DNA from: Nanopusillaceae archaeon
GTDB lineage: Archaea; Nanobdellota; Nanobdellia; Nanobdellales; Nanobdellaceae
Length of the DNA: 32,000 nt
Direction of reading: 5' to 3'
Assembly (NCBI GenBank): GCA_049974095.1
Contig: JBMFJD010000006.1
Location: 27,895-59,894 of the forward strand
Within the stretch, counting starts at the first letter, position 1. Every line of letters begins with the position of its first letter. A program made the translations under genes and the position numbers. The notes beneath the pieces were generated by a model. It worked only from the letters and a program-made list of their open reading frames with translations, did no database searches and was not told the DNA's origin. Below are positions 1 through 8,867 of this stretch, piece after piece.

Positions 1-8
1 CATTTTTA

Positions 9-221
9 ATGAGACTAGATAGAGAGATGACATTACTCAAGACAAATAGATTACCAATGCCAGAATTAACATTACTATATGATAGGATAATATCTTCTAA
101 TTTGAGCACTATATATAGACTTGTATATTCTAAAGCATATGAGGTACAATATAAAAGCCCAGTTGCTAATGAGTCAACTATAAAGGTCTTAGAAAGGATT
201 GGTGCCTTATTAGAAAAATGA
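9..221 (+). CDS. Hypothetical small protein, possibly 5'-truncated by the window edge
   Basis: 70-aa ORF. Its frame stays open back to nt 3. Its stop overlaps the next ATG (ATGA at 218-221). Confidence 0.4.
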   Translation: MRLDREMTLLKTNRLPMPELTLLYDRIISSNLSTIYRLVYSKAYEVQYKSPVANESTIKVLERIGALLEK

Positions 222-841
222 GTCCAATACCAATATCATTTAATGTAACAGATATACAAAATATAACATCATCAGTAGCTCATATTACAAGTAATATTAG
301 TTTAGGCTTTATTGTAGCAATCATGTTAATATTTACTGCCATTATATTACTTACTTTGGTTATCAAAAATATATTATCAAGTATAATACCAAAATTATCA
401 CTTTTAGTATTTATTTTAGCGTCATCATATTTGCTTGCTTTTGCATATTATGTTCCAAAATATATACCTAATACATTTACTGTTGTATCAAATAATACAG
501 TAATAGTTAATACTAATGTAACATCAGATTTGCTGTCACCATATAATTTTATACTAATAACAAAATTCTATGACAATTTATTATACTATATGGCACAGTA
601 TAATGTATCTATATCTGATTTGTTAGTACCTTATGTAATATTAATCCTATTTTATATATATTTTGCATATTCATTGTACGATAAGACAAAAAAATGGGCA
701 ATACTGATAGCAGCACTATTGTTGTTTGTAACTACTGTTGGGCTTAAAGGTTTAATATACGCTAGTATGACATATACTACTTTACTATTTCTAGATATAA
801 TTGTGGCCTTATTATCTATGATTATACTAGTACTAATATGA
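218..841 (+). CDS. Polytopic membrane protein
   Basis: 207 aa with several hydrophobic helices (LGFIVAIMLIFTAIILLTLVI, LSLLVFILASSYLLAFAYYV, WAILIAALLLFVTTVGL, LLFLDIIVALLSMIILVLI). ATGA coupling at both ends. Confidence 0.6.
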   Translation: MSPIPISFNVTDIQNITSSVAHITSNISLGFIVAIMLIFTAIILLTLVIKNILSSIIPKLSLLVFILASSYLLAFAYYVPKYIPNTFTVVSNNTVIVNTNVTSDLLSPYNFILITKFYDNLLYYMAQYNVSISDLLVPYVILILFYIYFAYSLYDKTKKWAILIAALLLFVTTVGLKGLIYASMTYTTLLFLDIIVALLSMIILVLI

Positions 842-1929
842 GTGCTATAAATTTTATAGAGGATTACAAAAAAAGAGATGGACTACTAGGATTATTAAAA
901 TCTTTTAGAGATAAGTTGGTTAATGATTTTCAGAATGAATTTACCAGGATATGGAAGTTGGCATTTCCGAATACAAGGGTAGAGGTAATACCACTAGAAG
1001 CAATAGGTAGATTTTATGGCATATTTATATCAGCATATCAAAGAGCTAGAGCAGATAGGAAAGCATTATTAGAGCAATATTTTAATGAATTTACAAATTT
1101 ATATAATAGATATAGAAGTATAATGCAAAATATTACATTTGGTCAATTATTGAGACTAATCGATACTGGAGAAAGATTAAGAGAAACAGTAAATGGTACT
1201 ACTTATATGGATTTTTTAATAAAACTACATGATTGGATTGATGAAATAGTCTATATATTTAAAACAAATGAGCAAAATATTAGGCCATATTATCAAGATA
1301 TATATAATTATTATGATAAAATGGTTAAGGTACTTGTGGATATATCAACAGACTATGTTGGAGGAGTATTTGAAGGAGCGTTCGAGTTTATATTTGGTGG
1401 ATTTATACATGTAGAGAATTTCATGTATACTGTTACAAATGATCTTCAAATTGGTACATGGGAACCTTTCGTATACTATATTGTAAAGCTAATAAAGACT
1501 TTATCTATACTTGGTGGATATGATGTAGTATTCCCAACAGACTTCTTTAGTCCAGAGGAATCTATAATGGGATATGGTGCAGTTGGAGATTGGGAATATG
1601 TTTTAACAGTATACCCAAAAGAGAGTATTGGTACAGAAGCATCCAAGATTACAGAGAATACATTATTATCTATGGCTGCACAGATAGGTATTGATGTAAA
1701 AGATGATATAGCAGAATTGAGGAAAATAGATAAAGATCTTAGAAGGATGGTAGATGAATTTCCAGCATATTTCTATATAGTTGCATTAACTGGAGGAATG
1801 TATAGAGAAAGAGTAGTATTTAGAGGATATATTCCATGGGACTTTTTGGCATATCCAATACATGAAATAGCCAATAAATTAGAAAAATATAGGTATGCGC
1901 TAAAACCAAGAAGAAGAAAAAGACGCTAA
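838..1929 (+). CDS. Hypothetical soluble protein with a polybasic C-terminal tail
   Basis: 363-aa ORF with no TM segments and no NTPase motifs that I can see. Ends in KPRRRKRR. Start overlaps the upstream stop (ATGA). Confidence 0.65.
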   Translation: MSAINFIEDYKKRDGLLGLLKSFRDKLVNDFQNEFTRIWKLAFPNTRVEVIPLEAIGRFYGIFISAYQRARADRKALLEQYFNEFTNLYNRYRSIMQNITFGQLLRLIDTGERLRETVNGTTYMDFLIKLHDWIDEIVYIFKTNEQNIRPYYQDIYNYYDKMVKVLVDISTDYVGGVFEGAFEFIFGGFIHVENFMYTVTNDLQIGTWEPFVYYIVKLIKTLSILGGYDVVFPTDFFSPEESIMGYGAVGDWEYVLTVYPKESIGTEASKITENTLLSMAAQIGIDVKDDIAELRKIDKDLRRMVDEFPAYFYIVALTGGMYRERVVFRGYIPWDFLAYPIHEIANKLEKYRYALKPRRRKRR

Positions 1930-2582
1930 CGTTTATTTAATAGATATATTGACGCTACTGCAGATAATACTCCAATTATAGCTGTTATAATAAATACTGG
2001 CACATAAATTGTTGGACCTGCAGTTATTGTGAATGGGTATAGAAATGCGGTAGTTGATAGATGACCGGTTACAAATCCTGCAGCTATTCCAAAACCTGAC
2101 AATATAGCTATTGTAACAGCTTTTTCTGATGTTATTTTACCAACTGATGCATTGATGATTGCATAAAATACTAATGCTAATGATGCTCCTATTATTATGA
2201 ATCCTAACCATGCACCAAGTGTTTCTATAAATGTACCATATTGAAAAGTTAATAATTTTATTATTTGATATATTGCTGCAGTTGGACCTTTTGCTCCCAA
2301 TACTTCTAATGTTGTACCAGTGACCGCTTTCTTTGCTAATGAATAACCAAGAGCTCCAATTAATGGGAAAAATAATAATATAGGATTGAACGGTTCTTTT
2401 TTAGATATAAACATAGCTACTTCATAGATTAAAAATATTGATAGACCAAAACCTAGTGCAAAAGCTATAAAACCGATATATAATGAAAGAGTAGGATATG
2501 TTAAAATACTGTTATAACCTATATATAATAATATAAGGCTTATTATTAATAACGTTAAATATATCTTATCAATTTTGTCCAT
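1926..2582 (-). CDS. Polytopic membrane protein
   Basis: 218 aa, about 6 hydrophobic helices rich in G/A/I/L. Its stop codon (TAG on minus, 1926-1928) shares two bases with the TAA stop of the convergent gene (1927-1929). Confidence 0.6.
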   Translation of the reverse strand: MDKIDKIYLTLLIISLILLYIGYNSILTYPTLSLYIGFIAFALGFGLSIFLIYEVAMFISKKEPFNPILLFFPLIGALGYSLAKKAVTGTTLEVLGAKGPTAAIYQIIKLLTFQYGTFIETLGAWLGFIIIGASLALVFYAIINASVGKITSEKAVTIAILSGFGIAAGFVTGHLSTTAFLYPFTITAGPTIYVPVFIITAIIGVLSAVASIYLLNKR

Positions 2583-2614
2583 TATTTATAATTGTTTTTG
2601 TATATTTAAAATAT

Positions 2615-3211
2615 ATGGATAACAAATATTTATATGGGTTGTATCTCCACTATAGGGCATTATTTAATACATATAGTGATATGTATACGGCGTATTTGTA
2701 TATTGATGTAGATGGAGATACAATTAGATCTATATCAATGTTGATACCAGGTGATGAAATAAAGCAGGAGAATGACATAGTATATACAGAAACAATACTA
2801 AAAGAGGTAATATTTTATGGTGATGAGAAAGCACTGATTGATAGAATGAATAAATATTTATATAATAAATTGGTTGGAAAAATTGTTACATATGGTTTCA
2901 ATAATTATATAACACTAGTTAATAAATCTATAACATATGGATCTAGGATGTTATATAGATTCATTACTATACCAATTATCTTTGATTTATCATATCCTGT
3001 ATCGTTATATATGTACAAGAAATATAGAGAATTTAAAGTATTTACCATAGATGAAGCAATAAGTATTATATTAAATGAAAAAAATGATGAACAAGATGCT
3101 TACAAGAAAAGCATTAAATATGTTAACTACATAAAAATGATTTATGATATATTAAAAGAAGAATTTATGGATAAAAAGTTAGCCTCATTGTTTACCAATG
3201 CACGATTGTAA
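2615..3211 (+). CDS. Hypothetical protein; weak resemblance to a degenerate RNase H-fold (DEDD/PolB-exonuclease-like) domain
   Basis: 198-aa ORF. The order YLYIDVDGD ... EKALIDRMNKYLYNKLVGKIVTYGFNNYITLVNK ... DAYKKSIKYVNYIK mimics the Exo I/II/III layout, but the canonical acidic residues are mostly absent. M23 (nt 2681) is an alternative start. Confidence 0.5.
   Translation: MDNKYLYGLYLHYRALFNTYSDMYTAYLYIDVDGDTIRSISMLIPGDEIKQENDIVYTETILKEVIFYGDEKALIDRMNKYLYNKLVGKIVTYGFNNYITLVNKSITYGSRMLYRFITIPIIFDLSYPVSLYMYKKYREFKVFTIDEAISIILNEKNDEQDAYKKSIKYVNYIKMIYDILKEEFMDKKLASLFTNARL
2619..2640 (-). promoter_or_regulatory. Copy 4 of the 22-nt promoter/operator-like motif (21/22 match)
   Basis: ATAACAAATATTTATATGgGTT differs at one base from the exact 22-mer at 25470 and 28278. 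It lies 37 nt from the minus-strand ATG at 2582 and overlaps the first codons of ORF 2615. Confidence 0.35.
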
Positions 3212-3421
3212 AATGTTTAATATTTTATCTAATTTTTCACTTATCTCCTTTAATCTATCCTCAAGATTCAAATTATTTTGTTTATTATACATCTTTGATG
3301 CAACTTCATATCCGATCAAGATCAAGTGAGATATTTTTAAATTTTTTTTCTTAATATCATGGTATATATCATCTGGTATAGTCGTTGTGATATTTCTAAG
3401 TTTTCTTTCGCTTTTATCCAT
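3185..3421 (-). CDS. Ribbon-helix-helix (CopG/Arc-like) DNA-binding protein with a C-terminal coiled coil
   Basis: From M15 of the tracked ORF: MDKSERKLRNITTTIPDDIYHDIKKKNLKISHLILIGYEVA fits the strand-helix-turn-helix pattern of RHH repressors. I prefer the shorter start because the 14-codon extension (to 3463) runs through the conserved promoter motif at 3440-3460. Confidence 0.5.
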   Translation of the reverse strand: MDKSERKLRNITTTIPDDIYHDIKKKNLKISHLILIGYEVASKMYNKQNNLNLEDRLKEISEKLDKILNILQSCIGKQ

Positions 3422-3439
3422 ATAAATATAATTAAATGA

Positions 3440-3460
3440 AACACATATAAATATTTGTAT
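3440..3460 (+). promoter_or_regulatory. Copy 3 of the promoter/operator-like motif, plus orientation
   Basis: AACACATATAAATATTTGTAT is the reverse complement of the 22-mer with one T missing. It sits in the divergent region between the RHH gene and the secreted-protein operon that starts at 3512. Confidence 0.4.
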
Positions 3461-3511
3461 CAATAATGTTAAACTAAGAATACATAAAAATAAATATCGA
3501 AATATATATTT

Positions 3512-4102
3512 ATGGTAAAAAAAATATTAGCAGCGCTTTTATTAATCATGGCACTATCAATACCAATATTTTCCGAATATGTAGAGGCGAAACTAGTAGG
3601 AGTATATAGCATACAAGTAGGGTCAAATAAGTTAACAATTTCTAATGGTCATGTTGATCTACCATTTATGACAACAAATGGAACACTAGTAGTAGAAACA
3701 AAGCATGGAAACTTTAATATGGTATTTCATGGAGAGATGACAGTAACTCAAGAGGGAACAAATATGACAGTAGTAAAGTTTGTACATGAAAATAGAGTAA
3801 CATATATCAATATAGCTGTATACGAGAATATGACAAAGATAACAGAAAAATTCTTTGAGCACTTTGTACATACATATGGAGTAAATCTAACACAAAACAT
3901 TACAATAAGACCAGTTGATAATGATACATTTGTATTAGAAGCAAAGCAAAATGCTACTGCAATGTTGTTATGGTTTATACCAATACGTGTGGTAATAGGG
4001 GAACAAATGTATGTAAATGCAACTAATGGAAATGTAGAGAAAGTAGTATATATAAGGCCATGGTGGTGGTTCTTAGTATTTGGATATAAGACTGAACAAT
4101 GA
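3512..4102 (+). CDS. Secreted or membrane-associated glycoprotein (signal peptide)
   Basis: The N-terminus MVKKILAALLLIMALSIPIFSEYVEA is signal-peptide-like. Multiple N-x-S/T sequons (NGT, NMT x2, NLT, NIT, NDT, NAT x2). Hydrophobic C-terminus WWWFLVFGY. ATGA overlap with the next gene. Confidence 0.65.
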   Translation: MVKKILAALLLIMALSIPIFSEYVEAKLVGVYSIQVGSNKLTISNGHVDLPFMTTNGTLVVETKHGNFNMVFHGEMTVTQEGTNMTVVKFVHENRVTYINIAVYENMTKITEKFFEHFVHTYGVNLTQNITIRPVDNDTFVLEAKQNATAMLLWFIPIRVVIGEQMYVNATNGNVEKVVYIRPWWWFLVFGYKTEQ

Positions 4103-7100
4103 AAAAGGTTAGATTATTACTTGTATTTTTATTATCTCTATTTTTAGTTAAATCTATCTTTTCTCAAGAATATCCATATACTAATTATTCTATAATTACT
4201 ATAAAAAACAATGTTAACTCTAACCTTTATAATTATCCTGTCTTAATTACAATAAACGATACACAAGGTTTAATACTTAATGGATATTTAAATCCTACAT
4301 GTACTAACTTAATATTCCAACAAAATGGACGGCAATTACCTTATTTTGTTCAAACATGTGGTTATATATCTGTAAATACATCTACAGGATTCAGCAATTC
4401 TACAATATTGCTAAAAGATTATCCATCTATTCCTGCAACTCTATCTCCTATAAACGGATCTTGGTGGTATAATAATACATGGACAGGATCAGCCCTAAAT
4501 GAATATGTTTACATAACATTGGATATTAAAGGTTATGTTTATCCTGTATGGTTAGAGGTAAATACAAGTGGACCTGAATATGCAATATGGGTGAATGGTA
4601 AATATTTATACAATAGTAATCCGTGGAATTTTACATATAATTCTCAACAACTAGCAAATATGACAGATCAATTATTTGATATAACTAATTTTATAGTACA
4701 AAATGGTATAAATAATATATTAATATTCGCTACTAGTAATACTACAAATAATACATTAACATTCAGAATAATAATACCATCTGCAAATGTTACTATAACT
4801 CAAGATGGTGTATATTACTTACCTGGTACAATTTGGGTAAATGTATCATCAATACCTGCTAACAATTATACTACTCTGTATATGCTCTTTACATATCCAA
4901 ATATATCAACGATTACGAATAATTTATCTAATGTATTTATTTACGGATCATATCCTATATCAAATACACATACTAGTACATCTACAACTACAGATGCCTT
5001 TTTTACCTATCAAGGTGCATATGTATATGCTCAGTGGGTATTAAATCCTACATTATACATTGTAAATGATTATAGTACAAATACTTCATACTTTATTACA
5101 CCATATACAATAAATAATATTTCAGTATCAACATATAATGCAGGATGTACAATTAGTGGAGTAAATATATTTTACTATTTGACAACATATATGCCAAGTA
5201 GTATGAGTCTTAGACAATTTGTTACTGTCAGTCAAAATGCTTCTTACTATATACCTTCATATTCTACTGTTAGAATAGGTTTACAAACTCCAATATTCTG
5301 GTTAGATGGATATATATTGAACATAATATTTAATAGAGCGCCAGGAGGATGTGGAAGGATATACGTTATAAGTGGAATGAATGCTTTAGAATTATATGGT
5401 TTTTCTTCTTTAGGAAATTACCCACTATATGGTATACCTGTAAGTTCTGCAAATTATTTACCATCTTCTACAATTACTGGTTATTTTAGAAAATATGTTT
5501 ATCCACCACCTTCAGTATCTATAAATACTGTACTTAATGTAAGTTATCCAATATCTATAAGTATACAATATCCACAGCAAAATTCTACAGTTGTAGTAAT
5601 GCCAGATAATCCAGTAATACAACCAGTAGTTACAATAAATTCTATTGTTCCAATAACTATCTGTAATATGACTCTATATGGTGGTACAAATGTAATCTAT
5701 GATGGTGTATGTACAAATTCAATAAATGTTACTGGGGCATCTCCAGGATACTATACATTACTAGTATCAGCATCAAACCAATATAATTCAACAAATGCTA
5801 GTGTAACATTTTATTTAACATTTGCAAATGGAACATACGGATTCTTTTATGTTTCTTATCCACCTAATGTTCCATCTACACCATTTTATGTAAATGTATC
5901 AACAACATGTACTGGTAATATATGTGCTGCTGGTAAGATACAATTAACAGTTCCACCAGTATGTTATACTCCTATATCAACTGTTGATATAACACAATTA
6001 TTGCCTGGACAAGTATTTAGTACATCATTCATTGTTCAATGTGCATATTCATCCAGTCCTTACAATTTTAATGTTAACGTATATCAATCTGGTAATTTAG
6101 TATACACAAATAATTTCACCTTAGATGGACCAAGATTATCTTTATCATATACTACAACTAATGATACATTATATGTATATGCATATCCATCTGGATGGGG
6201 ACAAAATATAACATTACTAGTTACTGTGAAGCAAGGATGGGTTATAAACAGTACAACTACTCAAAGTCAATTCTATGTAAATGTTTCAGACAATACCCAA
6301 TCATTAATATACACTAGTCCTGTATTGCCAGGACAAACATACACAGTATATGCTAATGTATATTATCCTCAACTATTTGCGACATATCCAGTACAGAGCA
6401 TATTTGTAACAATACAAGCAACTCAACCACCTACTATATATTCAGTTACTTCTCCATCTACTAATTATAATGGATTACCTACGGACATTTGTTATAATGT
6501 TTCAGATCAAGTTGCAGTAACAAGTGTATCTGGATATTATATAAATGGTTTGGGACAGGTAGTATATTTATTTAATAGTACATACTTTAATCAAACTGTA
6601 TATGCATGTACTCCAGTTAATTTAACCCTGGGTAATTATTCTATATATGTGAAAGCATGTGATTATTCTGGTTTATGTTCTATATTTCCACCAGTATCTG
6701 TAAGTATTATTCCATATCCTCAATACAATATTATAATATATCCATCTAATGTATCCGTATTCCATTCATCTCCACAAGTAATAAGTATATATTATTCCCA
6801 TCCATTAGAACAATATACATCATGCACTATAACATCAAATGATGAAATGTTCAATATGAAAGTTACATTATATAATAATACAAATAATACTATTACATTT
6901 TCATTATCTCCAGGAGAATATAACATGTTTATTATATGTAGTTCAAATTATACTGCAATAGCTAAACCAATTGTTATAATATATGATACCATGCCACCAA
7001 TCATAGAAGGATTTAATGTTACAAATAATATTTTATACTTGTATTTATATGATAATATTGGATTAGCATATGCACAATATAATGTTACAGTTGGTAATAC

Positions 7101-7911
7101 TACAAATACATATAATGTTTTGTTATCTGGTACATCATATATATTACAAATACCCTTAGCACTATCATCGATAACAATAGAAGGGTACGTATATGATATA
7201 TCTGGATTATCTGTGCCATTTGTATATTCATATAGCTTAGCTCAGCCGATATCGCCTCAAACTCAAGATGTTACCAAACCAAGCACACAAACAAATATTA
7301 CAAGTACACAAACAAACATTACAAATGTTACTAACTTTACAAATATAACTGTATATCAATCATATCAATCTAATTATATTGCATTATTAATACCAACAAT
7401 AAATGCTACAGTAATACATAAAGGCCTACAAATAACAGCATCAGTTACAGCTAGATATTATCCTGTAAATTGTACAATATATCCATTTAATACAACTATG
7501 TTAATACAAACATCTGCGCCATATACTACAATAATTACACAGAATATAGTCCCCGGTACATATGTTGTATATGCAATCTGTACGGATAGTGTTGGAGATA
7601 TTGCTACATCAAATATGGTTGTATTGAATATTACATCTCAAGATATCTACATGTTTGGAGCATCCGCATTTGTCGGAACGCAAAATGGAATATACAGTAT
7701 ACTGCTATTAGGAGGTGTAGTTGCATTACTTGGATACTTAATGAGATCTAGAGTACTTATTCTAATTGGTGCTGGATTGGCAGCATCGCTTGCACCATTG
7801 TATACTGGTATAATATTAGGACAACCAGTATTTGCTGCAGTAGAGGTTGTAGTTATACTTGCAGGCTTATATGTACTAAATAGATATTTATTATATAATG
7901 CTTTCGAATAA
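4099..7911 (+). CDS. Giant secreted, sequon-rich multi-domain protein: DUF2341-like module split by a galactose-binding-like jelly roll, tandem Ig-like domains, C-terminal TM helices
   Basis: 1270-aa uninterrupted ORF with signal peptide MKKVRLLLVFLLSLFLVKSIFS. I count 16 N-x-S/T sequons in the first 280 residues. Repeated modules of about 90 aa end in patterns such as SPGYYTLLVSASN, LGNYSIYVKACD, SPGEYNMFIICSS and VPGTYVVYAICTD. Three hydrophobic helices at the C-terminus. Confidence 0.85.
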   Translation: MKKVRLLLVFLLSLFLVKSIFSQEYPYTNYSIITIKNNVNSNLYNYPVLITINDTQGLILNGYLNPTCTNLIFQQNGRQLPYFVQTCGYISVNTSTGFSNSTILLKDYPSIPATLSPINGSWWYNNTWTGSALNEYVYITLDIKGYVYPVWLEVNTSGPEYAIWVNGKYLYNSNPWNFTYNSQQLANMTDQLFDITNFIVQNGINNILIFATSNTTNNTLTFRIIIPSANVTITQDGVYYLPGTIWVNVSSIPANNYTTLYMLFTYPNISTITNNLSNVFIYGSYPISNTHTSTSTTTDAFFTYQGAYVYAQWVLNPTLYIVNDYSTNTSYFITPYTINNISVSTYNAGCTISGVNIFYYLTTYMPSSMSLRQFVTVSQNASYYIPSYSTVRIGLQTPIFWLDGYILNIIFNRAPGGCGRIYVISGMNALELYGFSSLGNYPLYGIPVSSANYLPSSTITGYFRKYVYPPPSVSINTVLNVSYPISISIQYPQQNSTVVVMPDNPVIQPVVTINSIVPITICNMTLYGGTNVIYDGVCTNSINVTGASPGYYTLLVSASNQYNSTNASVTFYLTFANGTYGFFYVSYPPNVPSTPFYVNVSTTCTGNICAAGKIQLTVPPVCYTPISTVDITQLLPGQVFSTSFIVQCAYSSSPYNFNVNVYQSGNLVYTNNFTLDGPRLSLSYTTTNDTLYVYAYPSGWGQNITLLVTVKQGWVINSTTTQSQFYVNVSDNTQSLIYTSPVLPGQTYTVYANVYYPQLFATYPVQSIFVTIQATQPPTIYSVTSPSTNYNGLPTDICYNVSDQVAVTSVSGYYINGLGQVVYLFNSTYFNQTVYACTPVNLTLGNYSIYVKACDYSGLCSIFPPVSVSIIPYPQYNIIIYPSNVSVFHSSPQVISIYYSHPLEQYTSCTITSNDEMFNMKVTLYNNTNNTITFSLSPGEYNMFIICSSNYTAIAKPIVIIYDTMPPIIEGFNVTNNILYLYLYDNIGLAYAQYNVTVGNTTNTYNVLLSGTSYILQIPLALSSITIEGYVYDISGLSVPFVYSYSLAQPISPQTQDVTKPSTQTNITSTQTNITNVTNFTNITVYQSYQSNYIALLIPTINATVIHKGLQITASVTARYYPVNCTIYPFNTTMLIQTSAPYTTIITQNIVPGTYVVYAICTDSVGDIATSNMVVLNITSQDIYMFGASAFVGTQNGIYSILLLGGVVALLGYLMRSRVLILIGAGLAASLAPLYTGIILGQPVFAAVEVVVILAGLYVLNRYLLYNAFE
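7285..7326 (+). repeat. Tandem 21-nt repeat x2 inside the CDS, encoding sequon repeats TQTNIT(S/N)
   Basis: ACACAAACAAATATTACAAGT / ACACAAACAAACATTACAAAT, read directly. It lies in a linker KPSTQTNITSTQTNITNVTNFTNIT. Confidence 0.8.
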
Positions 7912-8152
7912 AAAAGATAAAAAAATAGAAGAAGCCGCAAAGCTAATTGCCAGAAAATATAGGTACTCTATGTTAGCAGAATATATATATAGAAACAGGT
8001 TGAAGAATATAGCTAGATTTTTAGGAGTATCTCCTGAGGAAATTGAGAAATCAGAAGCCATCCAGAATTTCTATAAAATGATAAAAGAGAGAAGGTTTGA
8101 AATGGCCAAAAAATATCTTGACTGGTTAATAAAAAATTATGGAAAGAAATAG
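7898..8152 (+). CDS. Small basic helical protein, member of the FLG-motif paralog family (4 copies in the window)
   Basis: 84 aa. IARFLGVSPEEIEKSEAIQNFYKMI aligns with VAKFLGTTPDKVANSRAVRNYILFT of ORF 25833. Overlaps both neighbours by 14 nt. Confidence 0.6.
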   Translation: MLSNKKDKKIEEAAKLIARKYRYSMLAEYIYRNRLKNIARFLGVSPEEIEKSEAIQNFYKMIKERRFEMAKKYLDWLIKNYGKK

Positions 8153-8867
8153 AGTAATAGGATTAAGTATAGATTTAGCAGTATTCATAATATCTGTAGT
8201 AGTATTAGCTTATGCTTGGTATCTTCTATCAGTATTAATATTACAGGGAGCATTGCTACAGTCAATAGTTCAATTACAGGAGCAACAACAAATATACCTA
8301 TATTACATAACATTAGCTCTTACTGCTATGCTATATTATGTAACATCAGCATTGCTCGGTAAGCCATATTCACCAACATATCGTACACTGTTTGATAAAA
8401 AGCAATTGTTATGGGCTATTATATTTATACTAATATATATACCTGGTTATATAGCTGGATTGATAAGAATGGGTATACCACCAATATTAACTGTAGTATA
8501 TGCAATACCATTTGCGATTGTATTAGGTGTAATGGGTTTAGTAGAAAACAGATTCTTTATAGGAACATTAGGGTTCGGTATTAAATATGAGCTAGAGAAA
8601 AGAGATATTAGATTATCACCAATATTAGCTGCAATTTTGGTAGGATTAATTGCAACACTATGGCATTTATATATGTTTGTTAGTTTATTAGTAAATGCAG
8701 CATCTTTATTTGTAATAATACAAGTAGCAATCTCAGTATTTATATTTTTCTTCTTTGGTGCTATAATTAGCTTTGACAATGATAATACATGGACATGGGA
8801 TATAGTGCACTTTATGGTTAATTTTGCAGCAGGCTTATTAGGAGCAAAAGGATTTATAATAATATGA
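8139..8867 (+). CDS. Polytopic membrane protein, possibly a CPBP (CAAX protease/Abi)-type intramembrane protease
   Basis: 242 aa with about 7 TM helices. Motif order LVENRFFIG ... LIATLWHLYMF ... IVHFMVNFAAG resembles the CPBP motifs EExxxR / FxxxH / HxxxN. Only the third motif is a clean match. Confidence 0.6.
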   Translation: MERNRVIGLSIDLAVFIISVVVLAYAWYLLSVLILQGALLQSIVQLQEQQQIYLYYITLALTAMLYYVTSALLGKPYSPTYRTLFDKKQLLWAIIFILIYIPGYIAGLIRMGIPPILTVVYAIPFAIVLGVMGLVENRFFIGTLGFGIKYELEKRDIRLSPILAAILVGLIATLWHLYMFVSLLVNAASLFVIIQVAISVFIFFFFGAIISFDNDNTWTWDIVHFMVNFAAGLLGAKGFIII

